Part shown: positions 27,674 through 37,045 of the stretch, piece after piece
Numbering within the stretch: the first letter of the stretch is position 1
How the letters are laid out: the number at the start of each line of letters is the position of its first letter
Virus record (IMG/VR): IMGVR_UViG_3300006052_000004
Coordinates: 1 to 62,857 of that record
DNA: 62,857 nt
DNA from: a virus
Direction: 5' to 3' (one strand)
Notes under the pieces: generated by a model
What the model was told of the DNA's origin: nothing
Databases searched by the model: none
What the model saw: only the letters and a program-made list of their open reading frames with translations
Translations under genes and position numbers: made by a program

Positions 27674-30600
27674 CTATTGCCTCCTATGTAGTAGTTCATA
27701 GTTCTTCAAGAACATCATCTCACCGGCCCACCATCCTTGTATAGCAATGAAGTCGCCAAGCTTGATGCAATTCCTAAATGATTGTGCCAGTTGTGTCTGC
27801 TTATATGGTATGCGGAATTCGATCGCACCGGTCTCATCTTCACAGACGTATATTATCGTCTCCCCCTTGAAGTGTCCTGTGCGGGCCTTCTTCTGGATTG
27901 CTGTCACATATCCACACACCAAAGAGTCGCCGCTTAACTTCTCCCCTTCGGGTAAGTCCGATGGGCGTGCCAATCCTAGCTGCTCCCGTATCTTCTGTTC
28001 TTGAGGACCGGTAAATTGCACAGGCATCCACGGAGCAAGTTCCACCATTGCCGGGACATTTTGCCGCATTGCCCCTGTCATGCCAGCCTCGTGCAACTTG
28101 TAGTAGAGTCCAACAGGTAGGTTTTGCTGCAGGTGTTTCCAGTCTCGGTATGGGCCTCCAGCCATTATTTTCTCTGCGGTATTCTCCCCAATACCGCTTA
28201 AGTTGCGCCATCCCCCGACTATCAAACCAGGTCGTGGTGAGTAGAAAGAACTCCGCGAGAGAACGGGGTCTATCATCTGTACCTCGCCACCATGACGCCT
28301 GAACTCCCGTATAAGTCTTTTCATCAACAACTGATTGGAAGAACTGGATGCACCCTCGTGCTTCAAGTATGACTCGAAATAGGCGGCCGGATAGTGTGAC
28401 ATCATATACAACATCCAGTACCCGACGATCCCATAGGTCACGCAGTGAGCCTTGTTGAACGAATAGATGCCGTGGGCTTTTATTGCTTCCCACCAGTGTT
28501 TGGCCTCTGACTCGGTGCACCCATTCTCCATGGCGCCCCGGACGAAATCGTCTCCGTACTCCGCCCCAAGTTCTTTTCCATGAAAAGAAGCATTTGCTAT
28601 TCGCTTTCGCAATTTCTGGACGCGATCCATTGGTATCTTGCCGAGTCGATTGCATATCTTCATCACCTGTTCTTGATACAGAAGGACACCATATGTTGGC
28701 CTTACGATGTCGGCAGCGAGCGGATGAACCCCTGTAAGAAACTTCTGAAAAGCCTGTGGATTGAACTTGTTGTCTTGGTAGAGTGGCACGAAGTCAGCGG
28801 CTCCAGGCCTACATAGAGCCGACACTGCGTAGATTTCGTCAAACCTATCAAGTCCGATCTGACTTCCAATTCTAATCGCAGCCCCATCGAGTTGGAACAC
28901 ACCGGTAACACGACCAGTCTTAGCGAGTCTGTACACTTCTGCATCATCGAACCTCAGGTTGTAGAGCCATGACATATTCGCCCCGATTGCTCTCACTGCA
29001 TCGGCGAGCACATCATACTGCATAACGGTCAGTAGATCGAGTTTGAGAAAGCCCAGGTCCATCGCACCATGCTTATCCACCGATGAAACACGTGGTTTAC
29101 CTGGCTGTTCACACACCGCGATCGTGTTAGTCAGTGGTTCAGATGAGATGAGAACACCTGCAGCATGGATAGTGTTCTGCCTGGCCTGTCCAACGAGTTG
29201 GTCGATCATGCCGAAGATCGGGTATTTGTGCAAGACAGCAAGTGCTGCCGGGTCCCTGAGGTTGGCGATCTGTAGGTCCACATCATCATCTTTGCTATCG
29301 AGTGCCGCCGATAGAGGACTGTATTCTTCTCTCGGTATACCATAGACTGCCGCCACATCTTGGACTGCGACCCTCGCACGTATTAGTCCAAGTGCTAGAA
29401 TTTGGCAGACGTTGTCCGCACCATATTTCTTGGATATATATTCGTACACCGGTTGCTTCATCTTCGTCTCGAAGTCGACGTCGATGTCTGGAGGGTCCAT
29501 ACGACTCACATCCATGAACCGGTTGAAGTCTAAGTCGTGCAATACGCTGTTCGTCTCCGAACAACCTAACAACCATAACAGTAGACAACCACCGGCTGAA
29601 CCACGACACATCACCAGGGTATCTTGGGCCTTCGCCCATCGACATATATCTGTCAAGCATAGGATATAGTGACAGAACCCTTTCTCTTTCATAAGAGAAA
29701 ATTCCATATGGGCGCGTTCGCGGTAGATGCCTTCGTTTGTATCGTCGATCCATCCCTGTGCCCTCCTGTGTCTAAAACCATCTTCTACCCATGACCACAG
29801 TACGGTTGCATCATCTTTCTCACCGATGCCAGGGAACAGGAGTTGTTTCGCATGTGGTATTTCAACCTCGCAGTTGTCTGCGATGATGCCGGTGTTATGT
29901 ATGGCACCGATGAGCATTTGTTCTCTTTCAGGTGTCATCATACCTAACATCTGATCGTATACACGCTTGAGTATATCTACCTCGTTGCCGTAGTGTTGGT
30001 ACCCCTCAAGCTTGATCTTGCGCTCTTTGTCCATCATGGTTGTGCGCAGACCTATGCAGAGCATCGTGTCTTCGCCTATATGGTCTTCTGGACGTGGGAA
30101 ATGCGCATCACTTGTCATCACCATCGGCGTATTCGTGGCCATCGCTATGTCCATCAGTACCGGGAAAGTCTCTGTACTGATGCCTAGTCCTGGCTGTGGG
30201 ATGAGTTCGATGTAATAGTGTTCTATCTGTGCTCTTCGTTCCAATATGAAGTTATATGCTGCCTCTGGTCCCTTCTTGAGAATGAGTGTCGACGGGTAAC
30301 CGCCGACACAACCAGACAGGACACAGAGACCTTCTTGGTACTTTGCAAGTGTCTGCCAGTCTATGCGTGGCTTATAGTAGAAACCATCATGCCATGAGAG
30401 AGTAGACAACTTGAGTAGATTGGTATACCCATTCTGTGTCATCGCGAATACAGTCACATGCCGTTCACCATCTACACCGAGAGACTTCTGATGCTTGCCT
30501 TCCTTGACAAACATATTGTCTACGATGTAGAACTCACAGCCATAGATCGGCTTGATACCAGCTTTTATCATTGCCTTGCCGACAGGGACATGTGCGAAGA

Positions 30601-30730
30601 TATTACCGTGATCGGTTATGGCAGATGCCTTCTGGTCTAGCTCTTGCAGGCGCGAGACTATCTGGTCCGGCTTGCCATACCCATCGAGGAATGAATATGT
30701 GGTATGTGCATGTAGATTAACGAAAGTCAT
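27674..30730 (-). CDS. dnaE: DNA polymerase III alpha subunit (DnaE-type, PHP domain)
   Basis: The N-terminal PHP motif FVNLHAHTTYSFLDGYG...AITDHGNIFAH, the protein's length (about 1018 aa) and its overall architecture fit DnaE. ATG at 30730 overlaps the upstream stop (ATGA). Confidence 0.9.
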   Translation of the reverse strand: MTFVNLHAHTTYSFLDGYGKPDQIVSRLQELDQKASAITDHGNIFAHVPVGKAMIKAGIKPIYGCEFYIVDNMFVKEGKHQKSLGVDGERHVTVFAMTQNGYTNLLKLSTLSWHDGFYYKPRIDWQTLAKYQEGLCVLSGCVGGYPSTLILKKGPEAAYNFILERRAQIEHYYIELIPQPGLGISTETFPVLMDIAMATNTPMVMTSDAHFPRPEDHIGEDTMLCIGLRTTMMDKERKIKLEGYQHYGNEVDILKRVYDQMLGMMTPEREQMLIGAIHNTGIIADNCEVEIPHAKQLLFPGIGEKDDATVLWSWVEDGFRHRRAQGWIDDTNEGIYRERAHMEFSLMKEKGFCHYILCLTDICRWAKAQDTLVMCRGSAGGCLLLWLLGCSETNSVLHDLDFNRFMDVSRMDPPDIDVDFETKMKQPVYEYISKKYGADNVCQILALGLIRARVAVQDVAAVYGIPREEYSPLSAALDSKDDDVDLQIANLRDPAALAVLHKYPIFGMIDQLVGQARQNTIHAAGVLISSEPLTNTIAVCEQPGKPRVSSVDKHGAMDLGFLKLDLLTVMQYDVLADAVRAIGANMSWLYNLRFDDAEVYRLAKTGRVTGVFQLDGAAIRIGSQIGLDRFDEIYAVSALCRPGAADFVPLYQDNKFNPQAFQKFLTGVHPLAADIVRPTYGVLLYQEQVMKICNRLGKIPMDRVQKLRKRIANASFHGKELGAEYGDDFVRGAMENGCTESEAKHWWEAIKAHGIYSFNKAHCVTYGIVGYWMLYMMSHYPAAYFESYLKHEGASSSSNQLLMKRLIREFRRHGGEVQMIDPVLSRSSFYSPRPGLIVGGWRNLSGIGENTAEKIMAGGPYRDWKHLQQNLPVGLYYKLHEAGMTGAMRQNVPAMVELAPWMPVQFTGPQEQKIREQLGLARPSDLPEGEKLSGDSLVCGYVTAIQKKARTGHFKGETIIYVCEDETGAIEFRIPYKQTQLAQSFRNCIKLGDFIAIQGWWAGEMMFLKNYELLHRRQ

Positions 30731-31176
30731 TCTGCATCCTCTATCACACCCATACATACGTTGATCGTGCCATGCCGTGTCACTGACACACCGTTGAAAG
30801 AAAGTTGTATCGATAGACCGTAGGCCAACTTGATGTCGATCTTTGTATTGGCTCTCTTGTCATCTTTGCCGCCGTAGACCTCTAGTCGTGCTGTCTCGCA
30901 TGGGTATAACGTCCCGTTAACGCAGACAAACTTGACCTCGAATGGCTCGATGCGAAGTTCGCGGAGCAGGTCGCGATCAGGACTGGCATTGAATGCAGGT
31001 GTTTTCCATATCTGTAGGTCTTTCAGATGCCGTCTAATATCACCGAACTGTACGATATCGGCGATGGATGTGACAACCTTTGTCGGTCCGAACATCCTTG
31101 CTGCATTGTCGGCGATGAATGTCAGACCTTCATATCTTGTCTTGGCAAGTATGAGGTTCATGCGTGGTGGTTTCAT
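30727..31176 (-). CDS. Hypothetical protein translationally coupled to dnaE
   Basis: 149-aa ORF with ATGA overlap to the polymerase gene. Confidence 0.6.
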   Translation of the reverse strand: MKPPRMNLILAKTRYEGLTFIADNAARMFGPTKVVTSIADIVQFGDIRRHLKDLQIWKTPAFNASPDRDLLRELRIEPFEVKFVCVNGTLYPCETARLEVYGGKDDKRANTKIDIKLAYGLSIQLSFNGVSVTRHGTINVCMGVIEDAE

Positions 31177-31808
31177 TTCTTACCTCTCTCTGACGGTCGC
31201 CGGCCTGTCAAACGAATGAACTCTGCTTCAAGTATAGTCTGTTGCCTCTCTACTCGATCATGGTTCATCTGTGCTACAGAACGCCTACGCCATAGAGGAC
31301 AGGCGGCAACCGCAGGGAAAATCGTCCACCGTTTGGATAAAGAAGCTCTAGTGCATGAGCCAATCTCATGGCTACAGATGTTTGGGCCTTCCCAGAAAAG
31401 TGACGAACAATTACCACATCTCTTATCGGCCTCTGCTGCTTCAGTCGCAACCCTTCTCTTCTCCGCATCGCCTGGCATGTCACCCGGCCGCGAATACGGA
31501 TCTTTCGGTTTCGCATTGTTCTTGACCTCCATGGTCTGCAGTTCTTCACGCCCTTCGATCAATGCGGTTGAGAATATGCCACCGCCCCAAAAGATGAAGC
31601 GACTGTCTGTTCCATGCTTTTTTACATCGTTGTGCATCGCCGAATAGAGTATCTGGTCTGGTTCGGCGCCCCATGGGTTTTCCCATAGGCCTGTCTCTGT
31701 GATGACCTTTGTCAGGTCTTTGTAGTGTATCGGTTCGCCTAGTTCCGACAGTAGTTCTGCGACCATCTCCAACAATTCTTGTGTCCTTGTTGCCTGCGCC
31801 CTTGCCAT
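31173..31808 (-). CDS. Putative DNA-binding protein (HARE-HTH-like N-terminus, Cys-rich C-terminus)
   Basis: LSELGEPIHYKDLTKVITETGLWENPWGAEPDQILYSAMHNDVKK...RFIFWGGGIFS resembles HARE-HTH. This is a weak call. Confidence 0.4.
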   Translation of the reverse strand: MARAQATRTQELLEMVAELLSELGEPIHYKDLTKVITETGLWENPWGAEPDQILYSAMHNDVKKHGTDSRFIFWGGGIFSTALIEGREELQTMEVKNNAKPKDPYSRPGDMPGDAEKRRVATEAAEADKRCGNCSSLFWEGPNICSHEIGSCTRASLSKRWTIFPAVAACPLWRRRSVAQMNHDRVERQQTILEAEFIRLTGRRPSERGKK

Positions 31809-31891
31809 TATCTTCCTCCTGAGGCCATAGCAATATGGCCAGGATGGTAGCCATCCATACTGACCATAGCAATGTCATGACTATCGAGAAA

Positions 31892-32257
31892 CTATCCTGC
31901 GTCAGGATTTCCGATTGGTTCCTCCGGGTTCGACATCCACATAGGTTGTTCTTTCTTCCTATGTGCCTTGTCGAAGTCGATTGCACTTAGTATGATCTGT
32001 AGTACCTCCGTCGGGAAGCCGTCGCTGAGACGTTCGACTGTAATAGGCACCTTCTCGCCGTTCCATTCGACGTCCCATGCGGCCACCACTATGACAAAGA
32101 TAGTGATAAAGTTCTGTATCACTTCGGCATTGCTCGTCGGATCTGGCATGATTGGTATATGTGCCATCGGTCTATATGTGACGAGTATATCATACCGTCC
32201 ATACAGCTTCACCGGTATGGTGAACTCTGTGTCCATCACCTGTTTAAGGTCCGGCAT
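31892..32257 (-). CDS. Hypothetical protein
   Basis: 121-aa ORF overlapping the primase-helicase stop by 14 nt. Confidence 0.55.
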   Translation of the reverse strand: MPDLKQVMDTEFTIPVKLYGRYDILVTYRPMAHIPIMPDPTSNAEVIQNFITIFVIVVAAWDVEWNGEKVPITVERLSDGFPTEVLQIILSAIDFDKAHRKKEQPMWMSNPEEPIGNPDAG

Positions 32258-35198
32258 TGCTTCCTCCTATCGCCTTCTTATTTGCTATATACTCCTCAAG
32301 CAGCCTCACGAATGACGGTGTCAGTTCGTAGAGGTCGCGCCCTTTCGCCGACTGATATATGCACCGGTTCGCAGATAGTGTCTGCATGCACATATGCACA
32401 TCGGTAAACTTCATCGGTATGATGGTTGAGAATGATCGCTCTGAGAATGCGATCATGCGGACCATCTTCTCACCAAGCACGATTGGGTTCTGACTTAGCA
32501 CATTATCAAGCAAGGCTATGATCTTCGCTGGCTCTACGATAGAGCGATCCACCTTCACCTGTTGCGAGTACCTGTCATAACCGAAGCATGGTTTGTCATA
32601 CCATGTAGAGAAGAGCGAGCATGCTGTGAATACATGCTCTGGTCTGATGATGAGCATCTCTCCACTTGTATCAGATGAAAATACCTGTGTCGCGACCGAG
32701 ACCGCCAATTTGGCGATCCTCATGCGTTGTGCCGACGGTTCGACAAATGGTATCTCTGAGTCATACTTCTGGCACATTGCCTCTGCCATCTGTACAACCG
32801 CCTGTTCTGCACCATCTGCCCATACTATCTGGTGTGGCCTTCTTGTCCATGCCCATGATAGTAGTGCGCGGTGTGCCTCGTGTGACCATCTCGGCATGCG
32901 TGGCTGCCGAACCGAGTTGAGTATATGGGCAGGCACATCACCTTGTGCCACAGCCATCGCCATATCAAACCTAGCGATGTCCTCTGGCTGTGGTATCAGG
33001 CGACGAGTGATCTCCACGCCATACCCGCCAATGTCTATCATCATCCTGCCCACGCCTGGGTTGGCCATGACTATCAATGGTACACGGCCAAGCATTGTTG
33101 CCTGGGCGGCCTTCATTATCTGCACGAGACCAGACGAACGTGTAGATGAGAGAAAGTCAAGTATAGAACTTTCGCCCCACTTTGTCGTGTTGAACTCGTC
33201 CAGACATATAGGTCCCGCGCCATCTTGTTGTGGGAATATGCCAGCATTGACATACCTCTCACCGGTGATTGCAGATGTTTCGACAGAGCCGAGTAGACCC
33301 GCAGGTGTCTGCATTTTTGCGTCTACGAATATACCGGTTCTGTACATGGCAGCCATCTTGTTAAACGTCTCGGACTTACCACACCTGGTGTCACCAATAA
33401 TCATTGCCTCAAGCCAACCGCGTTGGTACAGGCTACCATTGAATGGAAACTCCAGCACCGAATGGAACACCGATCTCAGCATAAGATGCAGGTCCATGCG
33501 ATGGTAGATCATGGTCTGTGATGCAGATATGTCGTCGGCTACATCGACCAGTGCTGACTGCACCGTATTCAATGGTATGAACGAGTCGAGCATTGCTCGT
33601 ATCTCAGGCGTCATCTTGAAGTCGCGTAGTGCAGATGTTTTCTGTTTGAATGAGTCGACGACGATTACCTGCTTCTGGTTGCTAGGTAATGGCCATACAT
33701 ACCCGGTCAATGAGTAATCCACATTCTGCTTGATAGTTGGCGCGTCCTCTGACAACAGTATGAGTGCCTCATACCTACTGTTGTCGTTGAATGATGACAT
33801 CTTCTCCTGTTGGTCACTGAGTGTGTTTTTGATTGATGCGATAGCCATATCCGACCATGTTTGCACATCGAAGTTTATCGCCGGACATCTAGCAGGTATA
33901 TGGAAGTGTTGTTTCAGTGCGGCATCTCGTTTGGTATCATCGATCATCACCAGTTTCAATGCCACCTGTAGACGTGAGTCGATACTGAAACGTGCATTTC
34001 CATGCCATTGTTTGTGCATCACACATTTGTCACACATCGGGAAGCCATTACCTGGGCATGTCGTAATTATGTCCTTAGGTATCGAATACTTCGTCTCTGA
34101 CTTGCCAACTATGTGACCATCGAAACCTATGCGTGTTCTTGCATTCCTCGATGTGAGTGCATTACTGAATTCGACATGTACTGGTTCCATGTCAAAAATC
34201 GTCGACTCCATATTGGCAACTTGTGCCGCACCGAGTACCTTTGCGATCTCATGTTGTACCTGTTCGACAGAGTAGCCTATACCGAATAGGTACATGATGA
34301 AATCAGAGGCATCAGCGTTTGATGGACGACCTTCCCACAGTGGTAGAGAACACATCCGTACATCTTTTGCACCACGTCGAATAGCTGCTAGTGCGGCCTC
34401 TTGTGCCTCCTGACCTTTGGCATCGGCATCCATCCATATGTAGACACGTTTGCCATGCCACCACAATCCTTCTGGTACCGGTGAACCTGCGCCCATTGTT
34501 CCCGAACATCCATTGAAGCCGAGCGAACGCAGACTAATTGCATCAGGTTCACCTTCAACGAGTATGAGCCATGGATCGTTCCATGATATGTACGGGAACA
34601 GAAAGTTACCACCTAGACCGATCGCCTGCCACAACATCTTGACATCGGCGCCTGGTCTATATAGTTTTGCATTGACAATCTTGCCATGATGGTCATGTAA
34701 TGGGATGACAAGCCTATTCTTGTCTGGGTCCCATCCGATGCCTAACTTCGCCAATGTCTCTCTATACCATGGTTTACGTCTCTCCCACAACTTGTGACCT
34801 GGACTCTCATGGTCCATTAATCTTGCCTGTGTTGCAGCCATCCATTCGAGATTGATAGGTGTTGCTAATCCTAGTTCAATCCTGAATGTTCTCTCCGTAC
34901 CAGGGAAGTCCGGAATTGGCTTCCCACTTGGTTCGACCGGTGCATTCATGAGGGCCATGAACTGCACGATGTTACCACCCTTCAGACCTATCAGTTGTTC
35001 TGTATGCCAGTCTCGCCAGAGACCGGTCATAACGTTTAGTTCAAACGACGGGTTGTGGTCGTTCGCGAACGGAAACGGTGACCTACAGAATACCTCTCCT
35101 TTCGGTGAGGGTTGCTTAAGACCTTGGGGAAAATAACGACTGTACACCACCGGCCAACCAATGCGCACGCAAGCATCTTCAATGTCGCGGGGTAACAT
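32244..35198 (-). CDS. Bifunctional DNA primase (TOPRIM) / MCM-like AAA+ helicase
   Basis: TOPRIM motifs LILVEGEPDAISL and VYIWMDADAKGQEA. MCM-like Walker A IGDTRCGKSE, Walker B ICLDEFN and Arg-finger-like IARFDM. Confidence 0.8.
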   Translation of the reverse strand: MLPRDIEDACVRIGWPVVYSRYFPQGLKQPSPKGEVFCRSPFPFANDHNPSFELNVMTGLWRDWHTEQLIGLKGGNIVQFMALMNAPVEPSGKPIPDFPGTERTFRIELGLATPINLEWMAATQARLMDHESPGHKLWERRKPWYRETLAKLGIGWDPDKNRLVIPLHDHHGKIVNAKLYRPGADVKMLWQAIGLGGNFLFPYISWNDPWLILVEGEPDAISLRSLGFNGCSGTMGAGSPVPEGLWWHGKRVYIWMDADAKGQEAQEAALAAIRRGAKDVRMCSLPLWEGRPSNADASDFIMYLFGIGYSVEQVQHEIAKVLGAAQVANMESTIFDMEPVHVEFSNALTSRNARTRIGFDGHIVGKSETKYSIPKDIITTCPGNGFPMCDKCVMHKQWHGNARFSIDSRLQVALKLVMIDDTKRDAALKQHFHIPARCPAINFDVQTWSDMAIASIKNTLSDQQEKMSSFNDNSRYEALILLSEDAPTIKQNVDYSLTGYVWPLPSNQKQVIVVDSFKQKTSALRDFKMTPEIRAMLDSFIPLNTVQSALVDVADDISASQTMIYHRMDLHLMLRSVFHSVLEFPFNGSLYQRGWLEAMIIGDTRCGKSETFNKMAAMYRTGIFVDAKMQTPAGLLGSVETSAITGERYVNAGIFPQQDGAGPICLDEFNTTKWGESSILDFLSSTRSSGLVQIMKAAQATMLGRVPLIVMANPGVGRMMIDIGGYGVEITRRLIPQPEDIARFDMAMAVAQGDVPAHILNSVRQPRMPRWSHEAHRALLSWAWTRRPHQIVWADGAEQAVVQMAEAMCQKYDSEIPFVEPSAQRMRIAKLAVSVATQVFSSDTSGEMLIIRPEHVFTACSLFSTWYDKPCFGYDRYSQQVKVDRSIVEPAKIIALLDNVLSQNPIVLGEKMVRMIAFSERSFSTIIPMKFTDVHMCMQTLSANRCIYQSAKGRDLYELTPSFVRLLEEYIANKKAIGGSNAGP

Positions 35199-35220
35199 TG
35201 GTCCTGACCCACCTTCTGAT

Positions 35221-35251
35221 AAAATGTGGCGGCTCCGGAAGAAGCCGCCAC
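35221..35251 (-). terminator. Intrinsic terminator-like hairpin between the PT-rich gene and the primase-helicase gene
   Basis: 9-bp stem GTGGCGGCT/AGCCGCCAC (35226-34 / 35243-51), followed on the minus strand by ATTTTAT. Confidence 0.5.
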
Positions 35252-35274
35252 TTTACGCCAAACCAACTAGGTGA

Positions 35275-35847
35275 CTAGTTGGTGGTGGTCGGAGGGGTCG
35301 CCGGCGCGGGAGGCGTCGTCGGGTCCGTTGCCGGCGGCGTGGCAGGAGGTGTGGTTGGGTCGGTGGCCGGCGGCGTTGTGCTCACCGGAGGGGTCGCCGG
35401 TGCCGGCGGTGTGACGGGCGGCGTCGTCGGGGGCGCCGGCGGCGCGGTGATTGTCGTGTCGGCGGCCTTCACGGCCGTGTCTGCGCCGGTGAGGCTGTTC
35501 GCCACCGCGGTCAGGCCGGTGACGACCGCCGTGGATGCGTCGGTGGCCGCCTGCTTCATCGAGTTGATGTTCGCCTGGTCGGTTGCGATCTGCTGCGCGG
35601 ACACGCCGGCGGCCGTTTGGAGCGTGGCCACCTGCGTCTGCAGCTGTGAGATGAGGTTGAGGTTGGCCTGGTTGGCTGTGGCCGCGTCCGTGACTAGTTT
35701 GGTCACGTCGGTACCTAGTGTGGCTAGTTGTGCATTAACGGCGTCGAGTTCGCCCTGTTCGTTCTGATCGAGTGACATGATCTTCTCCAACTGCTCTACT
35801 ATGTATAGTAGCAGTCCCCTATCGCTGTATCTCTCGTAGTCTGGCAT
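35275..35847 (-). CDS. Coiled-coil protein with Pro/Thr-rich C-terminal tail, in a GC-rich island
   Basis: ATG at 35847 is preceded by AGGAG. The coiled coil carries A/Q/T/N repeats, followed by TAPPAPPTTPPVTPPAPATPP... The gene is much more GC-rich than its flanks. Confidence 0.65.
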   Translation of the reverse strand: MPDYERYSDRGLLLYIVEQLEKIMSLDQNEQGELDAVNAQLATLGTDVTKLVTDAATANQANLNLISQLQTQVATLQTAAGVSAQQIATDQANINSMKQAATDASTAVVTGLTAVANSLTGADTAVKAADTTITAPPAPPTTPPVTPPAPATPPVSTTPPATDPTTPPATPPATDPTTPPAPATPPTTTN

Positions 35848-36088
35848 TCTGCCATCTCCTATAATCGGCCTGGTATGCGCCGAGGCTGCCTTACACCCCA
35901 CCTGGCTATGGAGTCGAACCACGCATACCGGCAGCCCTGCTCTCAGTCACAGAAGATTGACCAACTGTCTAGTCGATCTGTGCCTCCCGTTGAGCTATCC
36001 AATGGTGGTTTTATTCTCGACGCATACACCTACCGACGACTACCGGATTTGCCGTCCGGCGTCTATCATGGGCGTCCCCATGACTATG
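35848..36088 (-). ncRNA. Structured intergenic region containing a tRNA-like T-arm (GGTTCGACTCC, 35907-35923)
   Basis: 241-nt gap with a T-loop consensus and a D-arm-like TAGCTCAACGGGAGGC. Complementary pairs GGCTGCC/GGCAGCC and GGTATGCG/CGCATACC are also present. I could not close a canonical cloverleaf by hand. Confidence 0.35.
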
Positions 36089-37036
36089 TTAGACCGGGCC
36101 AAAGTTCGGCACAGGTCCCTGTGCGGGCTGGATCGGAACGACAGGTGCCGCACCGGGCAGACCCGGTGTCTCGAACCCTGCAGAGTAGCCGGTCGCCACC
36201 TTGTTCTTGAATACACCCTCATACTCATCGTGCTTGATCTGGAAGCGGACGATGTTGCCAACCATCTCTTGCTCCGATCGCCCAATGAATGCGGCACCAT
36301 CGGCAGACAAAAGGTCACAGGCACGCAAGATCGACTTGAGCTTCCATAGACTCGTCTCGTTCATCGTCAGATTGTCCCACATTGACACACCGGCATCCTC
36401 GACAGGGAAGGATGTCTTAAGTGTTATCTCGAACATCTGATTACCGGTACTCGACGTCTTTGCATCGACCTTCATGATCTCTGCCTCATAGTCGACCGGT
36501 TGTCCTGCACTGTCCTTGACCTTGAGCAGTTTGGTATTCCGTTCGATGACACCACCGAAGTTGATGTCACGGAGCAGATTGCCCATCACACCTTGGCCGC
36601 CAAGCATAGAACCAATCCCTCCGACCATCGGTGGTGGTGCAGGCGGACTATAAGGTGCCTGCATCGGCGGTGGCGGCTGTGCATACTGCTGCTGGGGCGC
36701 AGGTGGCTGGATGCCGTACGCGCCATTTCCCTGCGGGACCTCAGGCGATGGCTGCTGATATGCCGCCGGTTGGGGAGCATACTGCACCGGTTGCGGAGCA
36801 TATTGCGGCTGTTGAGGCTGTTGGGCATACTGCTGTGGCTGTTGGATCGGCTGGGCGAACTGTGCCGGGTCGAACTGTGGCTGTGGAGCCTGTGGTGCTG
36901 GCTGTGCATGAGGCGGCTGGGCGTATTGCTGGGGTGCCGGAGCTGCCGGTTGAGGTGCATACTGCAACTGCTGTTGGGCCGGCTGTGCCGGTTGTGGCAT
37001 CTGCGGTGCGCCGCCCGCAGGTTGATTGAGTCTCAC
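36089..37036 (-). CDS. DUF669-like (SSB-type) protein with about 140-aa N-terminal Gln/Pro/Tyr low-complexity domain
   Basis: The C-terminal half (MFEITLKT...WKLKSILRA...VRFQIKHDEYEG) lies directly after a Sak4-like ATPase, which is the usual DUF669 context. The N-terminus has repeated QYA(P/Q)QP units. Confidence 0.6.
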   Translation of the reverse strand: MRLNQPAGGAPQMPQPAQPAQQQLQYAPQPAAPAPQQYAQPPHAQPAPQAPQPQFDPAQFAQPIQQPQQYAQQPQQPQYAPQPVQYAPQPAAYQQPSPEVPQGNGAYGIQPPAPQQQYAQPPPPMQAPYSPPAPPPMVGGIGSMLGGQGVMGNLLRDINFGGVIERNTKLLKVKDSAGQPVDYEAEIMKVDAKTSSTGNQMFEITLKTSFPVEDAGVSMWDNLTMNETSLWKLKSILRACDLLSADGAAFIGRSEQEMVGNIVRFQIKHDEYEGVFKNKVATGYSAGFETPGLPGAAPVVPIQPAQGPVPNFGPV

Positions 37037-37045
37037 TGTCGCCTC

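Noticed and set aside
32593-33507. 304-aa plus-strand ORF
   Set aside because: It lies entirely antisense to the primase/MCM-like helicase gene, whose conserved Walker motifs fix the coding strand.
35279-35767. 162-aa plus-strand ORF (GGV/AGG repeats)
   Set aside because: It is an antisense shadow of the GC-rich Pro/Thr-repeat gene. It has no RBS and is oriented against the surrounding operon.
35848-36088. tmRNA gene or attP core derived from a tRNA/tmRNA 3' end
   Set aside because: There is no acceptor stem adjacent to the T-arm, no tag reading frame and too little space for a tmRNA. No integrase is present anywhere in the genome to support an attP.
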